A DNA stretch of 64,000 bases from an uncultured Anaerolineales bacterium (GTDB lineage Bacteria > Chloroflexota > Anaerolineae > Anaerolineales > UBA11858). The position numbers were made by a program, and so were the translations under genes. The notes beneath the pieces are model-generated. The model did not search any database. It saw only the letters and a list, made by a program, of their open reading frames with translations, and was not told the DNA's origin. Shown here piece after piece: positions 53,701 to 62,608 of the stretch (positions are counted from its first letter, which is position 1; each line of letters begins with the position of its first letter). The stretch covers positions 1,583-65,582 of the forward strand of contig CAYORF010000003.1 in NCBI GenBank assembly GCA_964406305.1, read 5' to 3'.

Positions 53701-55096
53701 CATCGTATTGGAACGGTCAGAAGATGTGGCTGGCCAGACCTTGCAAGACCGGGTCTTCAGCCGGGTTCTGGCCGACCATGTAGTTGACCAGGAAACTGGC
53801 GAGGTCCTTGTTGAAAAGAATACTTTAGTATCTCGAGAAATCGCGCGCAGGATCCAGAAATCCAATGTTGACCGAGTCAAGGTATTTTCTCCATTGACTT
53901 GTGCCCTGGAATATGGCTTATGCGCTAAATGTTATGGTCTTGACTTGGGACGTGGTCAACCGGTGGAGAAAGGTGCTACGGTTGGTATTGTTGCCGCCCA
54001 ATCCATCGGTGAGCCTGGCACCCAGCTGACGCTGAGGACCTTCCATACTGGTGGTGTGGCTGCAGCTAGTGACATCACAACAGGTTTGCCCAGGGTTGAA
54101 GAGCTATTTGAAGCTCGTAAAGCTCCAAAAGGTGAAGCTGTATTGACGGAGATCGCCGGCAGGGTCAGCATCGAGAAATCTGACCGCTACAGCGATATGC
54201 GTGTGGTGCGGGTCGCTCACAGTGAAATGATCAGCGATGCTTATGATCTAGAGAAAAGTTGGCGAAAACGAGTCAAAGACGAAGATAAGGTTGAAGAAGG
54301 CGATGTGATCGCTTCCCTCGATGCAGATAATAAACTCCTGGCTAGAAATTCTGGCCGGGTTCGCATTGAAGGTAGAACGATCATCGTTTCATATGAAGTG
54401 AAAGATGAAAAGTATTATGATATTCCAAGCAATGCCCGTCTTGCAGTAGAAGATGGCGAAATGGTCGAACCGGCCCAGCGCCTGACAGAAGGGTCATTGA
54501 ATACACATGATATCCTGCGCATCAGCGGACGTGACGCTTGTCAGAAATATATGCTCTCTGAAGTCCAGAGAGTTTATCGCTCCCAAGGGCAGAATATCCA
54601 CGACAAACACTTTGAGATCGTTATTGCCAAGATGATGTCCCGAGTGAATGTGACGGACTCTGGTGGCTCAGATACACTACCAAGGGAACTGGCCAACCGT
54701 ATGGGAGTGATCCAAGAGAATGAAGACTTGCTCCAGGAAGGGAAACAACCACTGAAATACGACGATGTTCTCCTGGGCATTACTAAGGCGGCATTAAATA
54801 CAGATTCATTCCTGTCCGCTGCTTCCTTCCAGCATACGATCAAGATCCTCACCCAGGCTGCTGTCAATAGGGATGAAGATCCTCTCTTCGGTCTGAAAGA
54901 AAACGTGATCATCGGTAAACTGATTCCCGCCGGAACTGGTTTCAGGGGAGGGCCTTTTGCACCTGAAGACGAAATTATAGCAGTTGAGGATGATGGTGCT
55001 GAAATGGAAGCTGTAGAAGGGGAAACCGATCTTGGTGAAATCAGCGAAGATACTGTTGTAGAAGATCTCGAAACTGAGGTTGAAGAAGAAAAATAA
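50786..55096 (+). CDS. rpoC: DNA-directed RNA polymerase subunit beta-prime
   Basis: GTG start 8 nt after GGAGG. It has the zinc motif CHCGKY...CDKCG, catalytic NADFDGDQM, the trigger loop and bridge helix regions. An insertion of about 160 aa of charged coiled-coil-like sequence sits between YFAQYIV and MGAEAFYD. Confidence 0.97.
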   Translation: MKTKGIQKLRIGIASPEIIRSWSYGEVLEPETINYRRLRPEKDGLFCEAIFGPTRDYQCHCGKYKNIRYKGIVCDKCGVEVTRSAVRRERMGHIELAAPVAHLWFSRRIPSILGRLLDMSRRDLDRVLYFAQYIVTYVDEEARKRALEQLDTRFTSGEGEVGKDFSVGIKSKEIEREDRLKELEDQQHDVETRYDEQIAADLEPVIKQGQRLEKTLQDSVDDAAKDDLIFPETDVVIVKKGKKISTAHIANIQDVVKQRLTDIEESLKEAKENELEHIKLDVARVRAETTQEITQLRDNLDLAIDSAQSEYKRLRDELLNMQPLIFLGEAEYRELRSRWGQVFQAEMGAEAFYDILKRLDLDALSKELWNEIKTTGSKQKRKKAIKRLKVVDAFQKTENQPEWMILTVLPVIPPDLRPMVQLDGGRFATSDLNDLYRRVINRNNRLKRLLELGAPDVIVRNEKRMLQEAVDSLIDNSQRGKALSRRGRRELKSLSDMLKGKKGRFRRNLLGKRVDYSGRSVIVSGPRLKMSQCGLPKKMALELFRPFVISILEKRGFATNVKGAKRLIERNRPEVWEALEEAVKSRPVLLNRAPTLHRLGIQAFEVQLIEGSAIQLHPLVCPAFNADFDGDQMAVHVPLSQKAVTEARELMLSTKNLLKPANGEPIIAPSKDMVLGVFFLTREDERPYPGDGRIFSTMIEVETAYLLDQVKIPTKIKILAETWYDEDGERMNAPEERVIDTTVGRTIFNLALPYQVQFMNWPLVKGDVKDLITEIYEYCDNETTTWAADSIKDLGFEFATKSGYSIAVADLQIPPEKEAIVADAFEKVGAVERSFRRGLLTAQEQDDRLIDIWQKTTAIVGDAVKANMNPHGNMAVMALSGATKGGFGPVSQLAGMRGLMADPSGQIIPVPIRSSFREGLTALEYFISSHGARKGLADTALRTADAGYLTRRLVDVSQDAIINNEDCGTDNCIVLERSEDVAGQTLQDRVFSRVLADHVVDQETGEVLVEKNTLVSREIARRIQKSNVDRVKVFSPLTCALEYGLCAKCYGLDLGRGQPVEKGATVGIVAAQSIGEPGTQLTLRTFHTGGVAAASDITTGLPRVEELFEARKAPKGEAVLTEIAGRVSIEKSDRYSDMRVVRVAHSEMISDAYDLEKSWRKRVKDEDKVEEGDVIASLDADNKLLARNSGRVRIEGRTIIVSYEVKDEKYYDIPSNARLAVEDGEMVEPAQRLTEGSLNTHDILRISGRDACQKYMLSEVQRVYRSQGQNIHDKHFEIVIAKMMSRVNVTDSGGSDTLPRELANRMGVIQENEDLLQEGKQPLKYDDVLLGITKAALNTDSFLSAASFQHTIKILTQAAVNRDEDPLFGLKENVIIGKLIPAGTGFRGGPFAPEDEIIAVEDDGAEMEAVEGETDLGEISEDTVVEDLETEVEEEK

Positions 55097-55118
55097 TTCT
55101 TCACCAAAATTGTGATCA

Positions 55119-55159
55119 AGGATACGGTTTCCACTATAGAAATCGTATCCTTTTTGTTT
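55119..55159 (+). terminator. Intrinsic terminator after rpoC
   Basis: AGGAUACG (55119-55126) pairs with CGUAUCCU (55144-55151), followed by UUUUGUUU. Confidence 0.8.
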
Positions 55160-55207
55160 AAAATGCATCCCCTATCGGAGTAAGTTAAAAAACAGCCGGT
55201 CTTTTAA

Positions 55208-55216
55208 TGTTATAAT
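55208..55216 (+). promoter_or_regulatory. Extended -10 promoter element upstream of gyrA
   Basis: TGtTATAAT (55208-55216). I found no good -35 element. Confidence 0.4.
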
Positions 55217-55260
55217 GCTCATCGGCTAAATTCCCTGGATATTTTGAATGTGGAAAAATT

Positions 55261-55306
55261 ACGGAATACGAAACGTGGAGAGTGCACCGGGTTCATCGTA
55301 TTCCGT
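55261..55306 (+). promoter_or_regulatory. 11-bp perfect inverted repeat (hairpin) in the gyrA leader
   Basis: ACGGAATACGA (55261-55271) and TCGTATTCCGT (55296-55306), followed by a GU-rich tract and the GGAGG SD at 55321. Confidence 0.4.
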
Positions 55307-55329
55307 GTTGTGTTGTTGCTGGAGGAAAA

Positions 55330-57777
55330 ATGGATTTTGGTTTGATCCGACCGATAGATATTAACGACGAAATGCGGCAGGCTTATTTAGATTACGCCAT
55401 GAGCGTGATCATCTCTCGGGCTTTGCCGGATGCCCGTGATGGTTTAAAGCCTGTCCATCGCCGGATTCTGTATGCCATGCATGATATGAACATGGGTCCC
55501 GATTCCGCTTATAAAAAATCAGCTCGTATTGTTGGTGAGGTGCTGGGCAAGTACCACCCGCATGGCGATATGGCGGTCTATGAATCGATGGCCCGCATGG
55601 CTCAAGATTTTTCCATGCGTTATCCTCTGATCGATGGTCAAGGGAACTACGGCTCTATTGATGGGGATTCCCCGGCAGCAATGAGGTATACAGAAGCGCG
55701 TATGGCTCAGACAGCTACATTGATGCTGGATGATCTAGAAAAGAATACGGTTGAGTTCCGTCAAAATTTTGATGGAACTCTTAAAGAGCCTGGCGTTCTG
55801 CCAGCCTCTTTCCCGAACCTACTGGTAAATGGGGTTACAGGAATTGCAGTTGGTATGTCTACCAGCATTCCACCACATAATCTTGGCGAGGTGGTCGATG
55901 CCCTCGACTATATGCTGCAGAACTGGAAGTCAATGGAAAAGATCACCGTTGAAGAATTGACGAAATTTATCCAGGGACCTGACTTTCCAACCGGTGGAGT
56001 CATTATTGAAGACAAACGACGAAGCGGTTTAAAAAGCGCTTACGGATCTGGCAGGGGTAAGATCCGCGTCCGAGCGAAAGCTACCGTGGAAGAGATGTCC
56101 CGCGGCAAACACCGAATCGTAATCACTGAGATCCCGTATATGACTAAGAAAGTCACTATCCTGGAACGGATCGCCAAGCTTGTCCGGGATGAGGAGTTGG
56201 AGGGCATTGCTGATCTGAGGGATGAATCCGACCGTCAGGGTATGCGGATTGTGATCGAATTGGTTAAATCGGCCCAGCCGGAAGAGGTTCTTGAAGCGTT
56301 ATTTAAGCGCTCTTCACTGGAAAATACTTTCAGTATTATCATCCTGGCATTGGTGGACGATGAGCCAAAACTGTTGAACTTGAAGGAAGCACTGCTGGTA
56401 TATCTGGAACATAGACTGGATATCATAAAACGGCGCAGCCAGTTTGACCTTGAAAAAGCTCAAGCTCGGGAACACGTACTGGCAGGTTTAACAAAAGCGT
56501 TGGACAATCTGGACGCTGTGATAGATACGATCCGTAATTCTCGTTCTGCTCAGACTGCAAAAAATAACCTGATGAGGGACTTCTCATTGACCGATATTCA
56601 AGCCCAGGCGATACTGGATATGCCGCTGCGCCGTTTGGCCGGACTAGAGCGGAAGAAGATCGAGGATGAATATAAAGGTGTTCAGAAGCAAATAAAGGAA
56701 CTCTCTACGTTGTTAAAATCTCCTAAAAAGATGCGGGAAGTTATTGCCACATCACTCCAGGAGATCAAAGAAGAGTTCAACGATTCCCGAAGAACACAGA
56801 TCGCCCTGGTGGAAGGAGGCTTGGAAGCAGCCCCGATGCAGCTTACCCATCTGACACCATCTGAAAATGTGTGGGTGATGATCAATCGAGATGGGTTGGT
56901 TGCGCGCTCACAGGGAGATGACCCTCCCCGTCCAAGTGGTTGGGATGTGCCTAACTGGTTGGTACGGGTCAATACTCGAGATACTCTGTTCCTGGTATCC
57001 GAACAGGGGGATGCGGCAGCTATTCCTGCCCATTCAGTACCTGAGGCATCCAAACCCAGCCAAGGCACCCATTTTTCGAATCTGACGCCGTTTGGCAAGG
57101 ATGTTAAATTGGGCTCCGTGTTCGGATTACCTCCCAAAAAGGATCGAGGCGAAAATTGGCATGTGATTACTGTCACTGAGCAAAGTATGCTGAAAAAGAG
57201 CGAGATCAGTGAATTGCCGGGGCCTTCTGCTCAGTTGTTCACTCTCGTGAAGGTAAATGACAAAGATCGTTTAGTCTCCATCAGGCTGAGTGATGGCACC
57301 AAGGATTTCTTTCTGGCTACCAACCAGGGGATGGCGATTCGATTCCAGGATGAAGATGTTCGAGTTATGGGATTGATGGCTGCCGGAGTGAACGGTATGA
57401 AACTATCGCAGGGAGACCGGATCATTGGTATGGAAACGCTCTCGAAGAAAGGAGAGCTGTACTTCTTGACATCTTCCGGCAGAGCAAAACGAGTCAAAGT
57501 GGATGATTTCCCAATCCAGGGAAGGTATGGAAAGGGAGTTATTGCCTGGAAGCTTCCGGAAAAGGATACCCTGGCCGGCATGACTGCTGGAAAAGGGACC
57601 ATGCGCGTGACTGTCCACCTTGAAAACTTCGCACCAAAATCAACCAGGCTGGATGACGCTCCCCTGCAAACCAGGGTAGCTCAAAAAGGTAAAGAGGTTG
57701 TGGAAATGCGGGATGATGACCGGGTAACCCTGTTAACAATTCCCTGGGAAATGGTCCGCCCGGTATCTAAAGATTAA
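55330..57777 (+). CDS. gyrA: DNA gyrase subunit A
   Basis: [26 protein letters not shown], the active-site AAMRYTE, and C-terminal beta-pinwheel repeats. I prefer the ATG at 55330 (GGAGG at 55321-55325) to the track start at 55282. Confidence 0.95.
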   Translation: MDFGLIRPIDINDEMRQAYLDYAMSVIISRALPDARDGLKPVHRRILYAMHDMNMGPDSAYKKSARIVGEVLGKYHPHGDMAVYESMARMAQDFSMRYPLIDGQGNYGSIDGDSPAAMRYTEARMAQTATLMLDDLEKNTVEFRQNFDGTLKEPGVLPASFPNLLVNGVTGIAVGMSTSIPPHNLGEVVDALDYMLQNWKSMEKITVEELTKFIQGPDFPTGGVIIEDKRRSGLKSAYGSGRGKIRVRAKATVEEMSRGKHRIVITEIPYMTKKVTILERIAKLVRDEELEGIADLRDESDRQGMRIVIELVKSAQPEEVLEALFKRSSLENTFSIIILALVDDEPKLLNLKEALLVYLEHRLDIIKRRSQFDLEKAQAREHVLAGLTKALDNLDAVIDTIRNSRSAQTAKNNLMRDFSLTDIQAQAILDMPLRRLAGLERKKIEDEYKGVQKQIKELSTLLKSPKKMREVIATSLQEIKEEFNDSRRTQIALVEGGLEAAPMQLTHLTPSENVWVMINRDGLVARSQGDDPPRPSGWDVPNWLVRVNTRDTLFLVSEQGDAAAIPAHSVPEASKPSQGTHFSNLTPFGKDVKLGSVFGLPPKKDRGENWHVITVTEQSMLKKSEISELPGPSAQLFTLVKVNDKDRLVSIRLSDGTKDFFLATNQGMAIRFQDEDVRVMGLMAAGVNGMKLSQGDRIIGMETLSKKGELYFLTSSGRAKRVKVDDFPIQGRYGKGVIAWKLPEKDTLAGMTAGKGTMRVTVHLENFAPKSTRLDDAPLQTRVAQKGKEVVEMRDDDRVTLLTIPWEMVRPVSKD

Positions 57778-57793
57778 ATGAATTGGCAGTAGA

Positions 57794-58954
57794 TTATTTA
57801 CTGACGGTAAACTCTGAGAAATGGTAGGCAATTTTACCGTCAATTAGACCTATGGTATCGCTGCCATTTTGAACATTCCCTGCGGAGGAACTGGCAGTCC
57901 AGCTGATCTGCCTCGTACTTCCTTCCCCACTATATCCAGCTAGGATAAAGCTCGCATTCGGTAAAATCTCACTGAACATAGTGTTAAACCAACTTTTAAC
58001 AGCCTCTTGGCCTTGCACGGTCCTTTCACTGGTTATGTGAACTGCATTTCCTCTATAGAGAGCCTGGACTTGGTCTGCTTTGTGGGAATTTAGTGCATCG
58101 ATTAATTGTTCTGCAATATCTTTGGGTGGAGCAGAACCGCTGTCCCATTCAAAGTCACGGATCAATCTATAGTAATCCACCGGTAAGGCATTGTGAAGAC
58201 TGCTCCATTCCCACATATTGAAACCAGGTAAATTTAATTCTTTGGATTTGCGCATGAACTCACTTACTTCAGAGAGAGTAGGTGTCCAGCCAAGATCCGT
58301 GCAAGCAGCGCCTGTGGGGAAAATCGGTGGTGTATACTTCATGTTCTTGAATTCGGAAACGCATGCTTTTAACTGGGCGCCCGGATTGTTGGCCCACATC
58401 CAGTAGACCTGTGGCATATTCAAGTCGACTTTCTGGAGGAATTCGTTCCAGGGGAGCTGGGGATGATATGAAGGATAACGATAGGAGCTGAGTGCGATCG
58501 GAATGTCTTTGATGGAAGCTGTCAGCTGGTTCATAAAAATTGTTGCTGAAGCGAACTTCCCTTTGTAATGGCCTTCTGCGTCTATGGCATACCCATCTAA
58601 CCCTAATTGCCGGATACGACTGATCGCTTTCTGAGCCTCCTGACCAGGTTGGTCACCAAATACATAATGCCATCCCCAAACCTGGATACCCTTGCTTTTT
58701 AGAGCTGCAACCAAGGGGGGGACTAAATCAATATTCTTTTCCCAATCGTAATTGTAGCTATAAATACCATTGGCGATTTTAATTAGCACATGGCTGTAAT
58801 TTGCTTCGACGGCTGTTCTGGTAATTTCACTCACACTGCCGTTATGGCATTCCTGGATTCTCCAGATGAACATTCCTTTTCCAGTTAACATAGCACGTCC
58901 TCGCTCAGTAAGTCTATTTTTTGAAACCGACAAGTATTTTTTACTTAATTCCAA
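57794..58954 (-). CDS. Hypothetical two-domain protein: N-terminal glycoside-hydrolase-like TIM-barrel region, C-terminal NTF2/SnoaL-like domain
   Basis: The N-terminal alternating beta/alpha pattern (GMFIWRI...SHVLIKIANG...GIQVWGWHYVFG...GLDGYAIDAEG...MPQVYW) resembles GH25-like or GHL-type hydrolases. The C-terminal 120 aa or so (AEQLIDALNSHKADQVQALY...IAYHFSEFTV) look NTF2-like. Both assignments are tentative. Confidence 0.45.
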   Translation of the reverse strand: MELSKKYLSVSKNRLTERGRAMLTGKGMFIWRIQECHNGSVSEITRTAVEANYSHVLIKIANGIYSYNYDWEKNIDLVPPLVAALKSKGIQVWGWHYVFGDQPGQEAQKAISRIRQLGLDGYAIDAEGHYKGKFASATIFMNQLTASIKDIPIALSSYRYPSYHPQLPWNEFLQKVDLNMPQVYWMWANNPGAQLKACVSEFKNMKYTPPIFPTGAACTDLGWTPTLSEVSEFMRKSKELNLPGFNMWEWSSLHNALPVDYYRLIRDFEWDSGSAPPKDIAEQLIDALNSHKADQVQALYRGNAVHITSERTVQGQEAVKSWFNTMFSEILPNASFILAGYSGEGSTRQISWTASSSAGNVQNGSDTIGLIDGKIAYHFSEFTVSK

Positions 58955-58982
58955 GCTCCTAAACAGTATCCCAAAGGCCTAT

Positions 58983-60023
58983 CTAAGGAGTATTCAAGGC
59001 TTCGTTCAACATATTTCGGATCAGTTGGTAGTTTGGCAGCAGTACCTGGGCTCCGGTAGGGGAGATCCAATGGGTTATCATAGACTCTTTTATGAAGTAC
59101 TGATTGATCAATGACCTGTCAGTCAGTCTCACAGCTGTTGGTGCCAGGGAGAGGATGGTTGGCAGGTCAAGGTTTGTGGTGACGTTTCTCACATAGGTGT
59201 CATACATCTGAGGAATTTTGGTCAAAGATTCCAATGAGATCAACCGATCCATCATGGCACCTAATATGAGTTGCTGTCGATAATTTCTGTCAAAATCATT
59301 GGTTGTGACCCTGGAACGAGCGTACCAGAGGGCCTCTTTGGCATAAAAATGCTGTCTTCCGGGATAAACACAGTGCGATAACCCGTGGCCCCATTTATCA
59401 TCACAAACGGTTTGTGGGACATCGACAAATATCCCACCCAGGTCATTCACAAAATATTCAAAGGCATACAGATTGACCAAGACAAAATAATCCGGTCTAA
59501 AACCGAAATTATGGAGCATTGTGTTCTGCATAAGCTGGAAACCGCCATGTGCAAAAGCTGTATTGATGCGTTGATTTGTCCAGCTGGGGATGTAGACATA
59601 TAAATCCCGCGGGAAGGAAGTGACATTCACTGTTCCATCTTCTGTGTTAACGGTCACCAGCATGATAGTATCTGTCCGTCCAATTGACCCTTTATATTTC
59701 TGGTCCGATCCCAGAACCATAATATTAATCTGATGATCAGGTTGAACTATCGGGTCAACACCTAAAGTATTAATGACAGGTACAATAATGGCCGGAGTGG
59801 GTGTAAGAGTTGGTGTAGGAATTGGATAGTCCGTTGGATAATAAGTGGGGGTCGAATCCAGTGGTTTGAAGGCGGTTGGTGTTGGCGTTCCTACCAGAGA
59901 TAAAATATTCTTGTTTGAAGGCCTGGAAAATGGCAATCGACCTCCCAGCTGGAGTCCTAGGATTATCAGTCCCAGCAGAATAAAGCCTATTATGAAGATC
60001 AAATAACGTTTATTCTTTAACAT
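58983..60023 (-). CDS. LytR-CpsA-Psr (LCP) family cell-envelope glycopolymer phosphotransferase
   Basis: N-terminal TM anchor, a Pro/Thr-rich linker, then LCP core motifs VLGSDQ...GRTDTIMLVTVN...SFPRDLYV...INTAFAHGG. Confidence 0.85.
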   Translation of the reverse strand: MLKNKRYLIFIIGFILLGLIILGLQLGGRLPFSRPSNKNILSLVGTPTPTAFKPLDSTPTYYPTDYPIPTPTLTPTPAIIVPVINTLGVDPIVQPDHQINIMVLGSDQKYKGSIGRTDTIMLVTVNTEDGTVNVTSFPRDLYVYIPSWTNQRINTAFAHGGFQLMQNTMLHNFGFRPDYFVLVNLYAFEYFVNDLGGIFVDVPQTVCDDKWGHGLSHCVYPGRQHFYAKEALWYARSRVTTNDFDRNYRQQLILGAMMDRLISLESLTKIPQMYDTYVRNVTTNLDLPTILSLAPTAVRLTDRSLINQYFIKESMITHWISPTGAQVLLPNYQLIRNMLNEALNTP

Positions 60024-60213
60024 AATCTCTACTCTCGGGTTTCTTTCGTTCCTGGACTAATTTTCCTTATCGATAACTTCTTAAATGACCATTCTGCCCT
60101 ATTATTGAGTCTGATTTAATTCTCTCAGACAAGGGCAGAGGATTCTTGCCCGATTCAACTAACATCTTAGGTAGCAAGATTTGTACCATATTGATCATTT
60201 TCTAAGGGAATTC

Positions 60214-62271
60214 CTAAAGGAATGCTAGTAACAAGCTGACTGTTGTTCCTGTGCCGGGTTTGCTCTCCACCCACATACGTCCCCCTTCATTTTCAACCAG
60301 ATTCTTGGTGACATATAGGTTGGTCATCACCTGGCTGAGTTTTTCCTGCTGTTGAGTTGTCAGGTGATCGTTCAGAACATCTGCAACATCGTCCGGGTGG
60401 TAGCCTTCACCTTGATCACTGATCTTGATATGAGCAAAGTGCTGGGTGCTATCTTCTTTATAGATCTGTGTTCGGATCTGGATCTCCCCACCGGGTTTAT
60501 TATCTTCAATTGCATTGGCAACCAGGAATGAAAAGATTTCTTTGAACAAGGCATGGCTCATCTTCAGGAGGGGAGGATTATCAGGCATATCCAGAGATTT
60601 AACTAGATTCTTCTCATCTATCTCGGCCTGGGCATCGTCGAGGCAATCCTGGATTGCTGTGTTCAAGATCGCAGGCTTAATTGTATCTGGATCCTCTTCT
60701 TGCTTTTCCTTATCATCTTTCTCCACGGAGATGGAGGCTTCTGGTGCTATGGGCTGACTGTCCTGCTCCTTCAGCTGCTTGACTTCTTTTTCGATCACGC
60801 CAATATATTTTTTAAGAGCTTCTGTCGAATCCTTCTCGGATAAATCTACCAGCATGGAGAGATGTCTCTGGAGGGTATTGCCCCATCCCAAGACCTGGTC
60901 ATATTTTGCACTTAAGTTATCAAAATCCAGCAGCATGTTCTGGTGCTCTTTATTTAATAAGGCCAGATCATCCTTGAGAGAGCCTTTGTCTTGAGAGAGC
61001 AATGTGAGTTTTGAGGACAGTTCCCGGATCGTGTTCTTTACACTGTCAGATTCGCCATTCTGTGAAACCAGGTGATGGCTGAAAGCAGACTCGAATAACT
61101 TGCACAGCAAAGTGATATATTCTTGATCGTCCTTGGTCCAGGGTCGGTTGGAAAAAGGTGAAAAGAGCACGACACCTATGGTCTTGTTGGCGCCTGCCAC
61201 GTAAACTGGAGATGCCAATAAGTGCCCCGGCCGGCTCAATTGCAGCATTTTGGATAGGTGAGATAGATCTCTTGAGGTGCTGCTGGCAGGAATATGGAGC
61301 ATTTTTCCGCGCTGGATGTAATTCGACAGCAGGGGAATGCTTTTACTTTCGAGGGTAATGGCTTGCAACGGTTCTTCCCGGATCAAGTCGTATCCGGCGA
61401 TTATGCGGATCTTACCGTGTTCATCCGGGGTGTCTATAACCAATGCCAGATCCGCCAGGATCAGGTAAGCGGTAGTCTGGGCAATTTTATAGAGGATCCC
61501 GATCGAGTCATTCTCGTTAAATAGACGTTCAACCAGATCCAGGATGTTGTACTCTATACTGAACTGCTTGTGCCCCATATCATCCTCTTCAGAGCTTTGC
61601 TTCAGTGTTAGATCTCCGATTGAGAACCGGTCAGACAGCAGGAGCAGAAGTGGATAGGCCACCAACTGAGTCAAATGCATGGATTCCAGGTTTTCGCTCA
61701 ACAAGCTCAGAATAGTACCTATAAAGAGGATCATGGCCATGAAGAAACCATAGTGCCACAGATTTGGTTTCCGGATCAAGATCAACCCGGATCCAATTAC
61801 CAAGGCCATAATAGATAGGCCCTGCCAGAAAGACATGGAACCAGTGAATCCTTCCATCAAGGAAGGCATGATGAATATTTGTCCGGCAACGAGCAGGATG
61901 ATCAGGCTGATCGATAACAGGGCTACCAAATCGACCTCTTTGCTGGGTTCTGGAAAATTCCAGAGCCAAACGATCAGGATAATACCTACCAGAGAGGCTG
62001 CTTGATCCAGTATTAAGAGAGTATTAGTAAATTGGGGAGTAGCTTTCCAGGAGAAATAGGTGATTACAAAAAGAATCAATCGCAGAAGAACCAAACCAAG
62101 GACAATTTGGATCATGCGTAGACCTTGGGTAAATCTGCCTTTTTGCCAAACGCGGAATACCTTCACCAGGGTTGTGGCGCAGACCAGAATAACCAGTAAT
62201 GAATAACCCAGGAATGCTAGGGGTAAGTTGGCGGGATTGGTTCCTGTTTGAAATAGAGTCATAAGGCGCAC
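60214..62271 (-). CDS. Membrane sensor protein with GAF domain, coiled coil and a degenerate GHKL ATPase domain (histidine-kinase-like)
   Basis: About 6 N-terminal TM helices and a GAF-like middle region. The C-terminal N-box is VANAIE and G1 is SDQGEG, ending in KPGTGTTVSL. I could find no canonical H-box (HExxxP) or G2 box (GxGLGL). Confidence 0.7.
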   Translation of the reverse strand: MRLMTLFQTGTNPANLPLAFLGYSLLVILVCATTLVKVFRVWQKGRFTQGLRMIQIVLGLVLLRLILFVITYFSWKATPQFTNTLLILDQAASLVGIILIVWLWNFPEPSKEVDLVALLSISLIILLVAGQIFIMPSLMEGFTGSMSFWQGLSIMALVIGSGLILIRKPNLWHYGFFMAMILFIGTILSLLSENLESMHLTQLVAYPLLLLLSDRFSIGDLTLKQSSEEDDMGHKQFSIEYNILDLVERLFNENDSIGILYKIAQTTAYLILADLALVIDTPDEHGKIRIIAGYDLIREEPLQAITLESKSIPLLSNYIQRGKMLHIPASSTSRDLSHLSKMLQLSRPGHLLASPVYVAGANKTIGVVLFSPFSNRPWTKDDQEYITLLCKLFESAFSHHLVSQNGESDSVKNTIRELSSKLTLLSQDKGSLKDDLALLNKEHQNMLLDFDNLSAKYDQVLGWGNTLQRHLSMLVDLSEKDSTEALKKYIGVIEKEVKQLKEQDSQPIAPEASISVEKDDKEKQEEDPDTIKPAILNTAIQDCLDDAQAEIDEKNLVKSLDMPDNPPLLKMSHALFKEIFSFLVANAIEDNKPGGEIQIRTQIYKEDSTQHFAHIKISDQGEGYHPDDVADVLNDHLTTQQQEKLSQVMTNLYVTKNLVENEGGRMWVESKPGTGTTVSLLLAFL

Positions 62272-62367
62272 CTGACTGAATTATAGCATGTGTTCTAGGT
62301 TGGGAGTACATCCCTCTCTTGAAGAAATCATAAAATTTTTTTGTTTCGAGCAACAGAACCTGGAAGG

Positions 62368-62395
62368 TTGACAAACTGACAAGTCGGGGTAAAAT
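62368..62395 (+). promoter_or_regulatory. Candidate promoter of tRNA-Leu
   Basis: TTGACA (62368-62373), a 16-nt spacer, then TAAAAT (62390-62395), about 20 nt upstream of the tRNA. Confidence 0.55.
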
Positions 62396-62416
62396 TGCCC
62401 CTGAAAGAGAAAAATT

Positions 62417-62500
62417 GCCGAAGTGGCGGAACAGGCAGACGCGCTACGTTCAGAGCGTAGTGGGATTACTCCCATGTGGGTTCGACTCCCACCTTCGGCA
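62417..62500 (+). tRNA. tRNA-Leu (anticodon CAG), class II, CCA not encoded
   Basis: GCCGAAG-UG-GCGGAACAGGCAGACGC-G-CUACG-UUCAGAG-CGUAG, a long variable arm, then GUGGG-UUCGACU-CCCAC-CUUCGGC-A. ORF 62281-62511 (minus) on this locus is rejected. Confidence 0.9.
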
Positions 62501-62511
62501 CACATAGCCAT

Positions 62512-62545
62512 AAAACCGATCCTGCGATGATGGATCGGTTTTTTC
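62512..62545 (+). terminator. Intrinsic terminator after tRNA-Leu
   Basis: AAAACCGAUCC (62512-62522) pairs with GGAUCGGUUUU (62532-62542), and the T run continues to 62544. Confidence 0.8.
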
Positions 62546-62608
62546 TGTTAGTACGACGGGATTACTTACTGCTAACAGAAGGAAAATGATTATTGGAAAG
62601 AGAAAAAA

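Noticed and set aside
55282-55329. 16-codon upstream extension of gyrA ([16 protein letters not shown])
   Set aside because: It overlaps the leader hairpin and the SD. The ATG at 55330, 5 nt after GGAGG, gives the standard GyrA N-terminus.
60024-60213. 8-bp inverted repeat TCTGCCCT-N30-AGGGCAGA between the kinase-like gene and the LCP gene
   Set aside because: The stem is short, the loop is very long and no U-tract follows on the transcribed (minus) strand. This is not enough to call a terminator or operator.
62281-62511. 76-aa minus-strand ORF
   Set aside because: It covers tRNA-Leu(CAG) and its promoter, so it is an artefact.
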